Positions 1 through 7,849 of a DNA stretch of 40,788 nucleotides are shown piece by piece; position 1 is the stretch's first letter; each line of letters opens with the position of its first letter. The DNA comes from Chlamydiae bacterium RIFCSPHIGHO2_12_FULL_49_11. GTDB lineage: Bacteria > Chlamydiota > Chlamydiia > Chlamydiales > 2-12-FULL-49-11. The translations under genes and the position numbers were made by a program. Below the pieces are notes generated by a model. It had not been told where the DNA came from. It did not search any database and saw nothing but the letters and a program-made list of their open reading frames with translations. Where the stretch lies: NCBI GenBank assembly GCA_001794905.1, contig MGLW01000015.1, positions 1 through 40,788 on the forward strand, written 5' to 3'.

Positions 1-1
1 T

Positions 2-955
2 CCGCAAGACGGCCGCATGAAATTGAAGGTCGGGGGCAAAGAGATCGATTTCCGTGTGAGTACGATCCCTGTCGTATTCGGAGAAAGAATCGTTCTCCGT
101 ATTCTTGACAAGTCGCAGGTCGTGCTCGGTCTTGACCGGATTGGGATGCCGGTCGAGCTCCTCAAGGTAATGAAAGGAGTCGTCAGGCAAAATCAGGGGA
201 TCATACTCGTCACAGGGCCGACCGGAAGCGGGAAGACAACAACTCTCTACAGCTCACTTTTTGAAATCGACGCGCGCAAAGTGAATATCATGACTATCGA
301 AGATCCGGTCGAATTTAAACTTCCCAGCATGGCTCAAATCGGAGTGAATCCCAAGATCGGCCTCACCTTTGCACGAGGCCTTCGCCATATTTTGCGCCAA
401 GACCCCGACGTTGTCATGATTGGAGAAATCCGAGATCATGAGACGGCCGAAATCGCAACGCAAGCTTCCATGACCGGACATCTGGTGCTCAGTACACTGC
501 ACACCAACGATGCCCCCTCTGCCATTGCTCGCTTGATCGATATGGGGGTGGAGCCGTACCTTCTTTCCTCTTCGCTTCTGCTCGTGCTGGCGCAGCGTCT
601 TGTTCGCAAAATATGCGGTCGGTGTAGCGTTCCGTACGAGCCCGATGAAGAGGAAAAACGAGAACTCGGAATTGCAGCCGGAATACGGGGTAATTTTCGC
701 GTGGGAAAGGGATGCAGCGAATGTTACCATACCGGCTATAAGGGGAGGATCGGGCTGTATGAATACATGCCGATCACGCACGCCATAAAACATCAGCTGC
801 TCATTTCTCCCGATGCTTCGCGGCTCGGGCAGATCGCCCTTGAAGAAGGGATGGTGTCCCTGAGACAGCGGGGGATTGAACTCGTTCTCCGGGGAGAAAC
901 GACGATCGAAGAGGTGGTCCGCGTCACCCGTGCCATCGATGAAGAGTGGGTATAG
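2..955 (+). CDS. gspE: Type II secretion ATPase GspE, C-terminal part (5' end lies outside the window)
   Basis: Frame is open to the window edge. Walker [10 protein letters not shown], Walker B/Asp box [12 protein letters not shown], His box [13 protein letters not shown], tetracysteine CGRC...CSEC. Followed directly by gspF and pseudopilin genes. Confidence 0.93.
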   Translation, partial: PQDGRMKLKVGGKEIDFRVSTIPVVFGERIVLRILDKSQVVLGLDRIGMPVELLKVMKGVVRQNQGIILVTGPTGSGKTTTLYSSLFEIDARKVNIMTIEDPVEFKLPSMAQIGVNPKIGLTFARGLRHILRQDPDVVMIGEIRDHETAEIATQASMTGHLVLSTLHTNDAPSAIARLIDMGVEPYLLSSSLLLVLAQRLVRKICGRCSVPYEPDEEEKRELGIAAGIRGNFRVGKGCSECYHTGYKGRIGLYEYMPITHAIKHQLLISPDASRLGQIALEEGMVSLRQRGIELVLRGETTIEEVVRVTRAIDEEWV

Positions 956-957
956 TT

Positions 958-2145
958 ATGGCGCTATTCGAATATGCACATATTACCGTGGAAGGACGGA
1001 AACAACGGGGGTTTATCGATGCGGACAATTTGGAAAACGCCAAAGATAAACTCCGCAGGCAAGGAGTCCTTTACCTTACCGTGCGTCTCTACAAAAAACT
1101 TTCCGAAAAGGCGCTCTTTCGAGGATCTAAACTTTTTGTCATTCATTTCACCCGCGAGCTTGCTCAGCTCTTGCAGTCGGGGCTTCCCCTTTACGAAACC
1201 CTTGTTACCCTGCGCGAAAAATATCAAAAAAAGAAAGAAGCGGCGCTCATCCTTGATTTTTGCGAGTATGTCAAAGAAGGGAAATATTTGTCCGAAGCTT
1301 TGAAAAAATATCCGAAGCTGTTTGATTCGATCTATGTCGCCATGGTCCAATCGGCGGAAACTTCCGGCACGCTGGATGTCGTTTTTTTTGAGCTATCGAC
1401 TATTCTGGAAAAAAATCTTGCGATCGAACGGGAAATCAAAAAAGCGCTCATCTATCCGGCCGCACTTCTTTCATTTGCGTTTTTTCTCTTGATGGGGCTG
1501 TTTTTTTACCTGATTCCTTCCATGAAAGACTTGTTTGAAGATAGGCCCATACACCCCTTGACACAATCCATCATCCGGATAAGCAATTGGCTCACCACGC
1601 ATGCCCTGCTTTTTTTTATCACGCTCTTTTCCACTGTGATTCTTGCCTGGCAGATTTTTCGGAGAGCGAAATTCAAAAATGCTTTTAAAAACTTCTTACT
1701 AAAAATACCCATCTGTAAGAAAATCATAACCGAATCGGTTGTGATGCGATTTTCTCGAACCTTTGCCCTTCTTCTAAAGAGCGGCATTGTAGCACTCGAG
1801 GCGCTCCGGCTGAGTAAAAAAGTGTTGAACTTCCCCCGGTTTGAGCGGGTATTTGATCGCATCGAAGCGGAGCTTTTGGAAGGGAAAGCCATGTCGGAAG
1901 GGCTGCGGGGGGAGTCGATCATCCCTCCGCTTTTTACGAGGATGCTTGCGACCGGCGAAAAAACCGGTTCGCAAGGAGAAATGCTGATGCATGTGGCGAA
2001 AATGTATGAGGACAATTTGAACAGGTCGATTGCCCAGTTTTTACAGTTTTTACAGCCCATGCTATTAGTAATACTTGCAATAATTATAGGCACGATTGTA
2101 TTATCGATTTTGTTGCCGCTTACAGATGTTTCAACGCTCAGTTGA
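958..2145 (+). CDS. gspF: Type II secretion inner-membrane platform protein GspF
   Basis: Two GspF/PilC-type repeats (ELAQLLQSGLPLYETL and FALLLKSGIVALEAL) and three hydrophobic TM segments. The ATG at 958 lies just after the gspE stop (953-955); the track's alternative GTG start is at 946. Confidence 0.9.
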   Translation: MALFEYAHITVEGRKQRGFIDADNLENAKDKLRRQGVLYLTVRLYKKLSEKALFRGSKLFVIHFTRELAQLLQSGLPLYETLVTLREKYQKKKEAALILDFCEYVKEGKYLSEALKKYPKLFDSIYVAMVQSAETSGTLDVVFFELSTILEKNLAIEREIKKALIYPAALLSFAFFLLMGLFFYLIPSMKDLFEDRPIHPLTQSIIRISNWLTTHALLFFITLFSTVILAWQIFRRAKFKNAFKNFLLKIPICKKIITESVVMRFSRTFALLLKSGIVALEALRLSKKVLNFPRFERVFDRIEAELLEGKAMSEGLRGESIIPPLFTRMLATGEKTGSQGEMLMHVAKMYEDNLNRSIAQFLQFLQPMLLVILAIIIGTIVLSILLPLTDVSTLS

Positions 2146-2162
2146 AACGAGGAGAAAAAAAC

Positions 2163-2594
2163 ATGGCGAAAAAAGCGAAAAAAAGGGCGTTGACACTCCT
2201 TGAAATCATGATTGTGATTTTTTTAATCGGAGTGATCAGTGCCGTTGTCGGCTACAATTTAAAAGGGACGACGGCGGAAGGCAAGGCATTCAAGACAAGT
2301 GAATCGGCAAAACGCATTCACGAAGTGCTCGCGCTTGAATGTGCAAGAGGTCTTGCAGGTACCGAGAATCTTACCGGAGACAACATCGAGATCGATCAAG
2401 TGCAGCGCGTCCTGGAAAAATCGGGACTCATCAAAAATCCGAAATCGATGATGAAGGACGGATGGGGAACGCAATTTAAAATCAGCCACAAAGACGATGA
2501 TTTCATCATTTCGTCCGATGCGTTTAAAAACCATTGTGTGGCCAAAGGCATGAATGATGAACAGATGCGTGAAAAATATCCGCACATGTTCTAG
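2163..2594 (+). CDS. gspG: Major pseudopilin-like protein (GspG-like)
   Basis: N-terminus KKRA/LTLLEIMIVIFLIGVISAVV is a prepilin-type leader with hydrophobic helix and Glu at +5. GGAG Shine-Dalgarno lies about 8 nt upstream of the ATG at 2163. Position immediately after gspF. Confidence 0.8.
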   Translation: MAKKAKKRALTLLEIMIVIFLIGVISAVVGYNLKGTTAEGKAFKTSESAKRIHEVLALECARGLAGTENLTGDNIEIDQVQRVLEKSGLIKNPKSMMKDGWGTQFKISHKDDDFIISSDAFKNHCVAKGMNDEQMREKYPHMF

Positions 2595-2946
2595 AGCTTT
2601 TACCCTGCTCGAACTCGTGCTTGTGATTGCCCTTCTTGCCATGGTAGGGGGGTGGATTGCCTCCTACAGCGGCAAAATGGTGGCGCAGTATAAGGTCCGG
2701 AGCACTAAAAAGCGGCTGTCTGCGGAGTTGCAATATGCAAGGCAGATGGCGGCGATTTACGGCATCACGATCGAAATCGATTTTGCGGAAGGGAAGAAGG
2801 GGCTGATCATGGTCGAAGATGTGCATGGACAATTTCCTCCGAAAATTGCTCTCGGAACCAAGCAGATTGTTTTGCCGGGTCTTTCTCTAGAAGATGCGCC
2901 TGCAAGCCGTATTGTAATGCGGGGAACGGATTTCCGTTGCCTGTGA
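2554..2946 (+). CDS. Second pseudopilin-like protein (prepilin-type N-terminal helix)
   Basis: N-terminus SRA/FTLLELVLVIALLAMVGG has an FTLLE methylation-type motif. Overlaps the gspG 3' end by 41 nt in another frame; the start (2554, 2557 or GTG 2569) is uncertain. Confidence 0.6.
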   Translation: MMNRCVKNIRTCSRAFTLLELVLVIALLAMVGGWIASYSGKMVAQYKVRSTKKRLSAELQYARQMAAIYGITIEIDFAEGKKGLIMVEDVHGQFPPKIALGTKQIVLPGLSLEDAPASRIVMRGTDFRCL

Positions 2947-2971
2947 AAAAAGCAAAAGGTAGAATATTTTT

Positions 2972-5473
2972 ATGAAAGCTTTTATTTTTATTTTGTGTTC
3001 GGTGCTGATTTCAGCACAGCAAATGACCTTGGCTCCCCGTCAACCCGAATGGGAATTTCGGGTGTCAGACACCCATCCGAACGGGAGCGACCGGGAAGGA
3101 TTATTTTTTGCCGAAGGAGAAGAGGGGGAATGGACCCCGGTCAAGCACTTGATCTTCTCACCTGTTGGGACGATTCTTCTCGAAGAAGACGTAGTGCAGG
3201 GCTCGGTTCCCGAAGCGCAGTTCTTGTGCCACGGGTTGTCCGTAGCATTTTATGATTCGGGCGCCGTAAAAAAAGTAGCCCTGTACCGGAACGGGATAAA
3301 AGAAGGGCCTCGAAAATCGCTATACGACTCGGGTAAAACCAAATCGGAAAAGACGTATGCAAACGGGAAAAAAGAGGGTGAAATCCGTAAATATTTTGAT
3401 ACGGGAGCCCTTTCGTACAAATCGGTATTTGTGGGCGGCTCCCCCGTGGAAGAAGAGCTTTTTTACCATCCCGGCGGCGAGCGTAAAGCTGAAGTTCACT
3501 ACAAAAACGGAGTGAAAGAAGGGCTTGCGTTTGAATGGGACGAAAAAGGAAAACTCAAAGCGCGCTACCGCTATCAAAGCGGAAAATTGGATTCGGCTCC
3601 CGAAGAGCCGGCGGCGATTTTTTATGACGAAAAGCAGGAAATTCGTTCTGTGCATAACTACAAAGCGGGAACGAAAAACGGGACGGAATATTTCTTTCAT
3701 GAAAACGGCATCCAGGCAGAAAAGAGAAATTATGCCGACGGAAAAATTCACGGAACCGTCGAGTATTTCTCTACGACTGGAAATAGTTTGGGTAAGGGAG
3801 AATTTGTCGAGGGAAAACCGGTAGGGGAACACAAATATTTTTACGAAAACGGAAAAGTGAAGTTGCATGGAAAGTATGCAACGCAGGAAAACGCCCTATC
3901 AGAAGTGATCGAATATGCGCCAAACGGCGTGATGACGGCCCGCTATTTCCTTAAACAAAATAACCCCGAAGGGCGATTCTTGCAATGGTATGATGACAAA
4001 CAGCCCAAGAGGGAATATTTTTACAAAGACGGAAAGTTCGACGGAGAGCAGAAAGAGTACCACGAAAACGGGAAACTGGCCGGCATCTACAATTTTAAAG
4101 ACGGGAAAAAACAGGGCAAATGTGCCAACTGGCACCAGAACGGACAAGTTGCTCTGGAATCGAATTTTCATGAAGACGTTCCCGTCGGCAACTGGTTTGA
4201 ATATTTCGCGGACGGAAAACGAAAGCTCGAACAATCCTTCGATGCGGACGGGAAGCTCGATGGGAAACTTGTCCAGTCATATCCAAATGGAGCGCTTCTT
4301 CTCGAAGCCCATTACACGAGCGGTGTCTTGGACGGCAGCTACGTGTCGTACGATGCGAAAGGGGTTCTTTTGCAGCAACTCCTATACCGTGACGGTACTC
4401 CTTCGGGTGAACTCAAAACTTACTATCCGAACGGAACCCTCAAGGAGCATTTTTCGGTGGTGAAGGGGAAGAAAGAAGGTCCTTATACGATGTATCACGA
4501 AAACGGTGCCGTTAAGGTGAAGGCTGTCTACTCTGCCGATCTTCTCGAAGGAGAAGTGGAAGGGTGGTTCGAAGACGGGCTTCGCTCATGCTTGCACCGC
4601 CACGAGCAGGGCAAATTGGTTGGGGCGCAGTTCGACTTCTTTCCCGCCTACATGCAGGGTGAAGCGACTGATGAAGTAGTGCAATCTTCCTCCCATTTTG
4701 ATACGAACGGACTTCGAGACGGGGAGCAGAAAACCTATTATCCCGGCGGTCGGTTGAAATCGGAATCCAATTTCAAACATGGCAAGCAGCTCGGATTTTC
4801 GGCGATTTATAATGAAGACGGACGCACGTTGGAATCGATGAACCATGTCAACGGGAAATTGAACGGTTCGTATTTCCGTTTGGAAAATGACGGCCGGCAA
4901 ATCTATGTCGACTATAAGGACGGGCGGAAAGAGGGCGTGTATACGATGCGGCTGAGTACCGGAAAGGGCGATGAGACCCTGTTACTTGCTGAGGGCAGCT
5001 ACCGGAATGGCAAATTGCAAGGTATCATTTCCGAATACCATCCGCAGACGCAAAAACTCATCGCAAAAGTCCCCTTTGAAAAAGGGCGGCGTGAAGGGGC
5101 AGCTGAGTATTATACCCCGCAAGGCGCCCTGCTCCTCATTACTCGGTTTGTTCAAGACAAACAGGAAGGGGAAGCGGTCGAATATTACCCCTCCGGAAAA
5201 GCGCGGCGCCTTTCGAGTTTTAAAGACGGAGTCCTCGATGGTGTCGTGACTTCGTATTTCGAATCGGGGAAGGTTGAGTCAACCACAAATTATTTTGCAG
5301 GCAAGTTGCACGGCCTTTCCAAAACTTTCAATGAAAGCGGAACGATCATCTTTGAAGGGGAGTATAAGGACGGGATGAAGCATGGCGTCTTTAATAAGTA
5401 CACCGATGACGGCGCCCCTAAACTGCTCCAGACCTACGAAAACGATACCCTGGTTTCAAAGAAAAATCTCTAG
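2972..5473 (+). CDS. Secreted MORN-variant (YwqK-type) repeat protein, roughly 30 tandem repeats of about 23 aa
   Basis: Signal peptide MKAFIFILCSVLISAQQ. Repeating Y/F-x-(N/D)-G-x-x-x-G-x-x-x-x-Y/F units run through nearly all 833 aa, e.g. YKNGVKEGLAFEWDEKGKL and YKDGMKHGVFNKYTDDG. Confidence 0.8.
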   Translation: MKAFIFILCSVLISAQQMTLAPRQPEWEFRVSDTHPNGSDREGLFFAEGEEGEWTPVKHLIFSPVGTILLEEDVVQGSVPEAQFLCHGLSVAFYDSGAVKKVALYRNGIKEGPRKSLYDSGKTKSEKTYANGKKEGEIRKYFDTGALSYKSVFVGGSPVEEELFYHPGGERKAEVHYKNGVKEGLAFEWDEKGKLKARYRYQSGKLDSAPEEPAAIFYDEKQEIRSVHNYKAGTKNGTEYFFHENGIQAEKRNYADGKIHGTVEYFSTTGNSLGKGEFVEGKPVGEHKYFYENGKVKLHGKYATQENALSEVIEYAPNGVMTARYFLKQNNPEGRFLQWYDDKQPKREYFYKDGKFDGEQKEYHENGKLAGIYNFKDGKKQGKCANWHQNGQVALESNFHEDVPVGNWFEYFADGKRKLEQSFDADGKLDGKLVQSYPNGALLLEAHYTSGVLDGSYVSYDAKGVLLQQLLYRDGTPSGELKTYYPNGTLKEHFSVVKGKKEGPYTMYHENGAVKVKAVYSADLLEGEVEGWFEDGLRSCLHRHEQGKLVGAQFDFFPAYMQGEATDEVVQSSSHFDTNGLRDGEQKTYYPGGRLKSESNFKHGKQLGFSAIYNEDGRTLESMNHVNGKLNGSYFRLENDGRQIYVDYKDGRKEGVYTMRLSTGKGDETLLLAEGSYRNGKLQGIISEYHPQTQKLIAKVPFEKGRREGAAEYYTPQGALLLITRFVQDKQEGEAVEYYPSGKARRLSSFKDGVLDGVVTSYFESGKVESTTNYFAGKLHGLSKTFNESGTIIFEGEYKDGMKHGVFNKYTDDGAPKLLQTYENDTLVSKKNL

Positions 5474-5489
5474 GGCGTGTCATCAATTT

Positions 5490-7211
5490 CTAAGAGTCTT
5501 CTAGCGGCCAAGAGATGTTCTGGGTATCCAGGAAGAGATCCGGCAAGGATCTCGTCTCTCTTGCCAAGGGGTTATCATATAGATTGACTTCACATTCTGT
5601 ATCTAATCCGCCAAACACTCCTTGAGGCAAATAGGAGATTTTATTTCCGTAAATGGCCACTTTTTGAAGTGTCGTGCAGCGTCCTAGATCGGGATGAATG
5701 AAAGCAATATTGTTGTACCGGAGATTCAAATCTCGAACCCCTTCAAGGAGCAAATGAATGCCGGAAGGTATTGCAGGAAGATCATGTTCTATGCCAAAAA
5801 TGACGAATCTTTCCCGGATGTTTAGTTTATTCCTATTTGTCGAGAGCCATGTTTTGATGTTTTGGACCTTTTCTTCCAATCTAGTAGCTTTGCCGGTGGC
5901 TGCGAGATTGATCGAATCGGATTGTGAACCTTCACGGTTGGCGGTATAGCGGAAGAACACCAAGAAGGAAAGACGGTCAAAATTACGGACAAGCTCCTCG
6001 ATCTGATCGGCAGATAGAGACTCTATATCGAGATGTGCAGAGGACACTCCGAAAGTGTTAACGACGTTTTGACTGACATTCGAGAGAGACTTGAAGACTT
6101 GCTTGAGCCGGTCGGTCAGCATTTTCATCTCGCCATCGACACTTTTTCGTCTGATTCTCGCGACGGTGCGGATTTCCTGTGCCCATAGTGAGGCAAAGGG
6201 ATACCGAGCTTGATTTTCCCTTTCTAAGAAGATATCCAGGCTTCTGCACGGCGCTTGAGGAGTGGCGGGCACGTCTTCTGAAGAAGATGCGGTGGCTGCT
6301 TGATGGATGGTGCGTGCGGGTTCTGGTGAAGGTGCGGCTACTTTCCTCTGTGAATTGAATCTTTCGAAGAGTTTTGCGTTTTGTGCTGATGTTTGAGTTT
6401 CCGTAAATGTTTCAAGAGGAATTCCGATCTCTTCAAGAACAGGATTCTCCCAGATACTGATTTCGCAATTGTCCCGTAACTGGGTAAATACCCCTTGAGG
6501 TAAATAGCGAAGTTTATTGCCATAGAGTCCCAGCGAAGCAATATCCCGACATTTTCCAAGGGCCGGATCAATAAATGTGATATCAGAATATCTTATATTT
6601 AACGTTCTTACACCGGAATAAAGAAGATCAATGTCGGCCGGAATCACGGAAAATTTTCCTCGTCTATGTTGGATATGTACCTCATCTTTGATTCCAAGTT
6701 TTTTGAAGTTATTTTGGTCCCTTAGCCACTCTTTAAGTTTGGTGATTTGCTCATCCAAACCGGTTGCCCCTCTAGTGATTTCTTTATACATCCTAGCTCC
6801 GGTGGTACCGGAAAAGTCGACGGTATAAAAGAATAGTTGGGCAAATGAAATATGGTCCAGATTTCGGCAAAACCTTTCCACTTGCTCCCCCGTCAGATCT
6901 TCCACTTTGAAATCGGCCGGTGCGATTCCAAACGTATTCACGGCATTTTGCTGTTCTCTTGATAAGGCATCATATGCACCTTGCAGCCACTCTATCAAAT
7001 GCTGCCGCTCATCGGCAGGAGATTCCCCTCTCTGGGAAGAGATATCGCGGAGCTGTTTTGCCCATTTGGAGGCGTATTCATATCGGGGTTGTTGCCCTTC
7101 CCCCAATTCTAAAAAAGTGTCAAGAGCAGGGAAAGCGTTATGGGCAGCCGGGGGAGCCGGGGAATAAGACTGGTATGAGGGGATTTGGGACTGGGGAAGA
7201 ATTGGTTGCAT
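5490..7211 (-). CDS. Leucine-rich-repeat protein made of two homologous modules of about 235 aa (effector-like, no signal peptide)
   Basis: Module A is aa 27-260 and module B is aa 322-551. They align along their whole length: LDxFLE, VNTFG, SF..FF.YT, then LRR units L.(I/L)RY..I.FI.P.LG.C..L....LYGNK..YLPQGVF. The linker is rich in Ala, Ser, Pro, Thr and Gln. Confidence 0.75.
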   Translation of the reverse strand: MQPILPQSQIPSYQSYSPAPPAAHNAFPALDTFLELGEGQQPRYEYASKWAKQLRDISSQRGESPADERQHLIEWLQGAYDALSREQQNAVNTFGIAPADFKVEDLTGEQVERFCRNLDHISFAQLFFYTVDFSGTTGARMYKEITRGATGLDEQITKLKEWLRDQNNFKKLGIKDEVHIQHRRGKFSVIPADIDLLYSGVRTLNIRYSDITFIDPALGKCRDIASLGLYGNKLRYLPQGVFTQLRDNCEISIWENPVLEEIGIPLETFTETQTSAQNAKLFERFNSQRKVAAPSPEPARTIHQAATASSSEDVPATPQAPCRSLDIFLERENQARYPFASLWAQEIRTVARIRRKSVDGEMKMLTDRLKQVFKSLSNVSQNVVNTFGVSSAHLDIESLSADQIEELVRNFDRLSFLVFFRYTANREGSQSDSINLAATGKATRLEEKVQNIKTWLSTNRNKLNIRERFVIFGIEHDLPAIPSGIHLLLEGVRDLNLRYNNIAFIHPDLGRCTTLQKVAIYGNKISYLPQGVFGGLDTECEVNLYDNPLARETRSLPDLFLDTQNISWPLEDS

Positions 7212-7264
7212 ATTGGTTCCTTTTTAATAATAATTTAACACAAAGTATATCAGAATTATTATTT

Positions 7265-7837
7265 CTAAGTCAAGGAAACGGTGTAAAAGGCGACATGGGT
7301 CGTGCCGGTGCGTTTGACGCGGTCCCGGATAAACCGTGAGGGGGGCTCGATGCAAGTTGCTAATACCGAAGGCATTTCAACGATAAGAAGGCTGCCCTCA
7401 TGGGTCCATGATCTATTCTTGTCCAGAATGGAAAGAAGTCTTTCATATCCCTGGCGGCCAAATGGATAGGGAGGATCGAGGAAGAGCAGATCAAACGGGG
7501 AGAAAGGGCAAGGCCCTTCTATGAGTCGGAAAGCGTCTTGATATAAGAAACGCGACCGGTCCTGAACTTTCAGAAGTTCTATGTTTTGACATAAGGCGTT
7601 TTTGGCTTCCCTGGACTTGTCAACAAAGAGGCAAAAGCGGCTGCCACGGCTGAGGGCCTCGAGTCCGATGGACCCTGAGCCTGCGAAAAGGTCGAGGACA
7701 TTTGCCCCCGCAATGCGCTCGCCTAGAATGTCAAAAATCGATTTTTTTAGCGACTGGGTGATAGGCCGCGTCTTTACCCCCTTGGGGAGCAGGATCGGCC
7801 TGTTTTTAAAAAGTCCGGCGAGGATGCGTGTTTTCAT
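7265..7837 (-). CDS. rsmD: 16S rRNA (guanine966-N2)-methyltransferase RsmD
   Basis: SAM-binding motif LDLFAGSGSIGLEALSRG, catalytic DPPY, RPI motif near the N-terminus; size of 190 aa fits. Confidence 0.88.
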   Translation of the reverse strand: MKTRILAGLFKNRPILLPKGVKTRPITQSLKKSIFDILGERIAGANVLDLFAGSGSIGLEALSRGSRFCLFVDKSREAKNALCQNIELLKVQDRSRFLYQDAFRLIEGPCPFSPFDLLFLDPPYPFGRQGYERLLSILDKNRSWTHEGSLLIVEMPSVLATCIEPPSRFIRDRVKRTGTTHVAFYTVSLT

Positions 7838-7849
7838 TTGATAAATGGT

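Noticed and set aside
2972-5473. Annotation of the MORN/YwqK-repeat gene as a toxin-antitoxin antitoxin
   Set aside because: The YwqK-type label comes from short cytoplasmic proteins. This one is 833 aa with a signal peptide and has no adjacent toxin gene.
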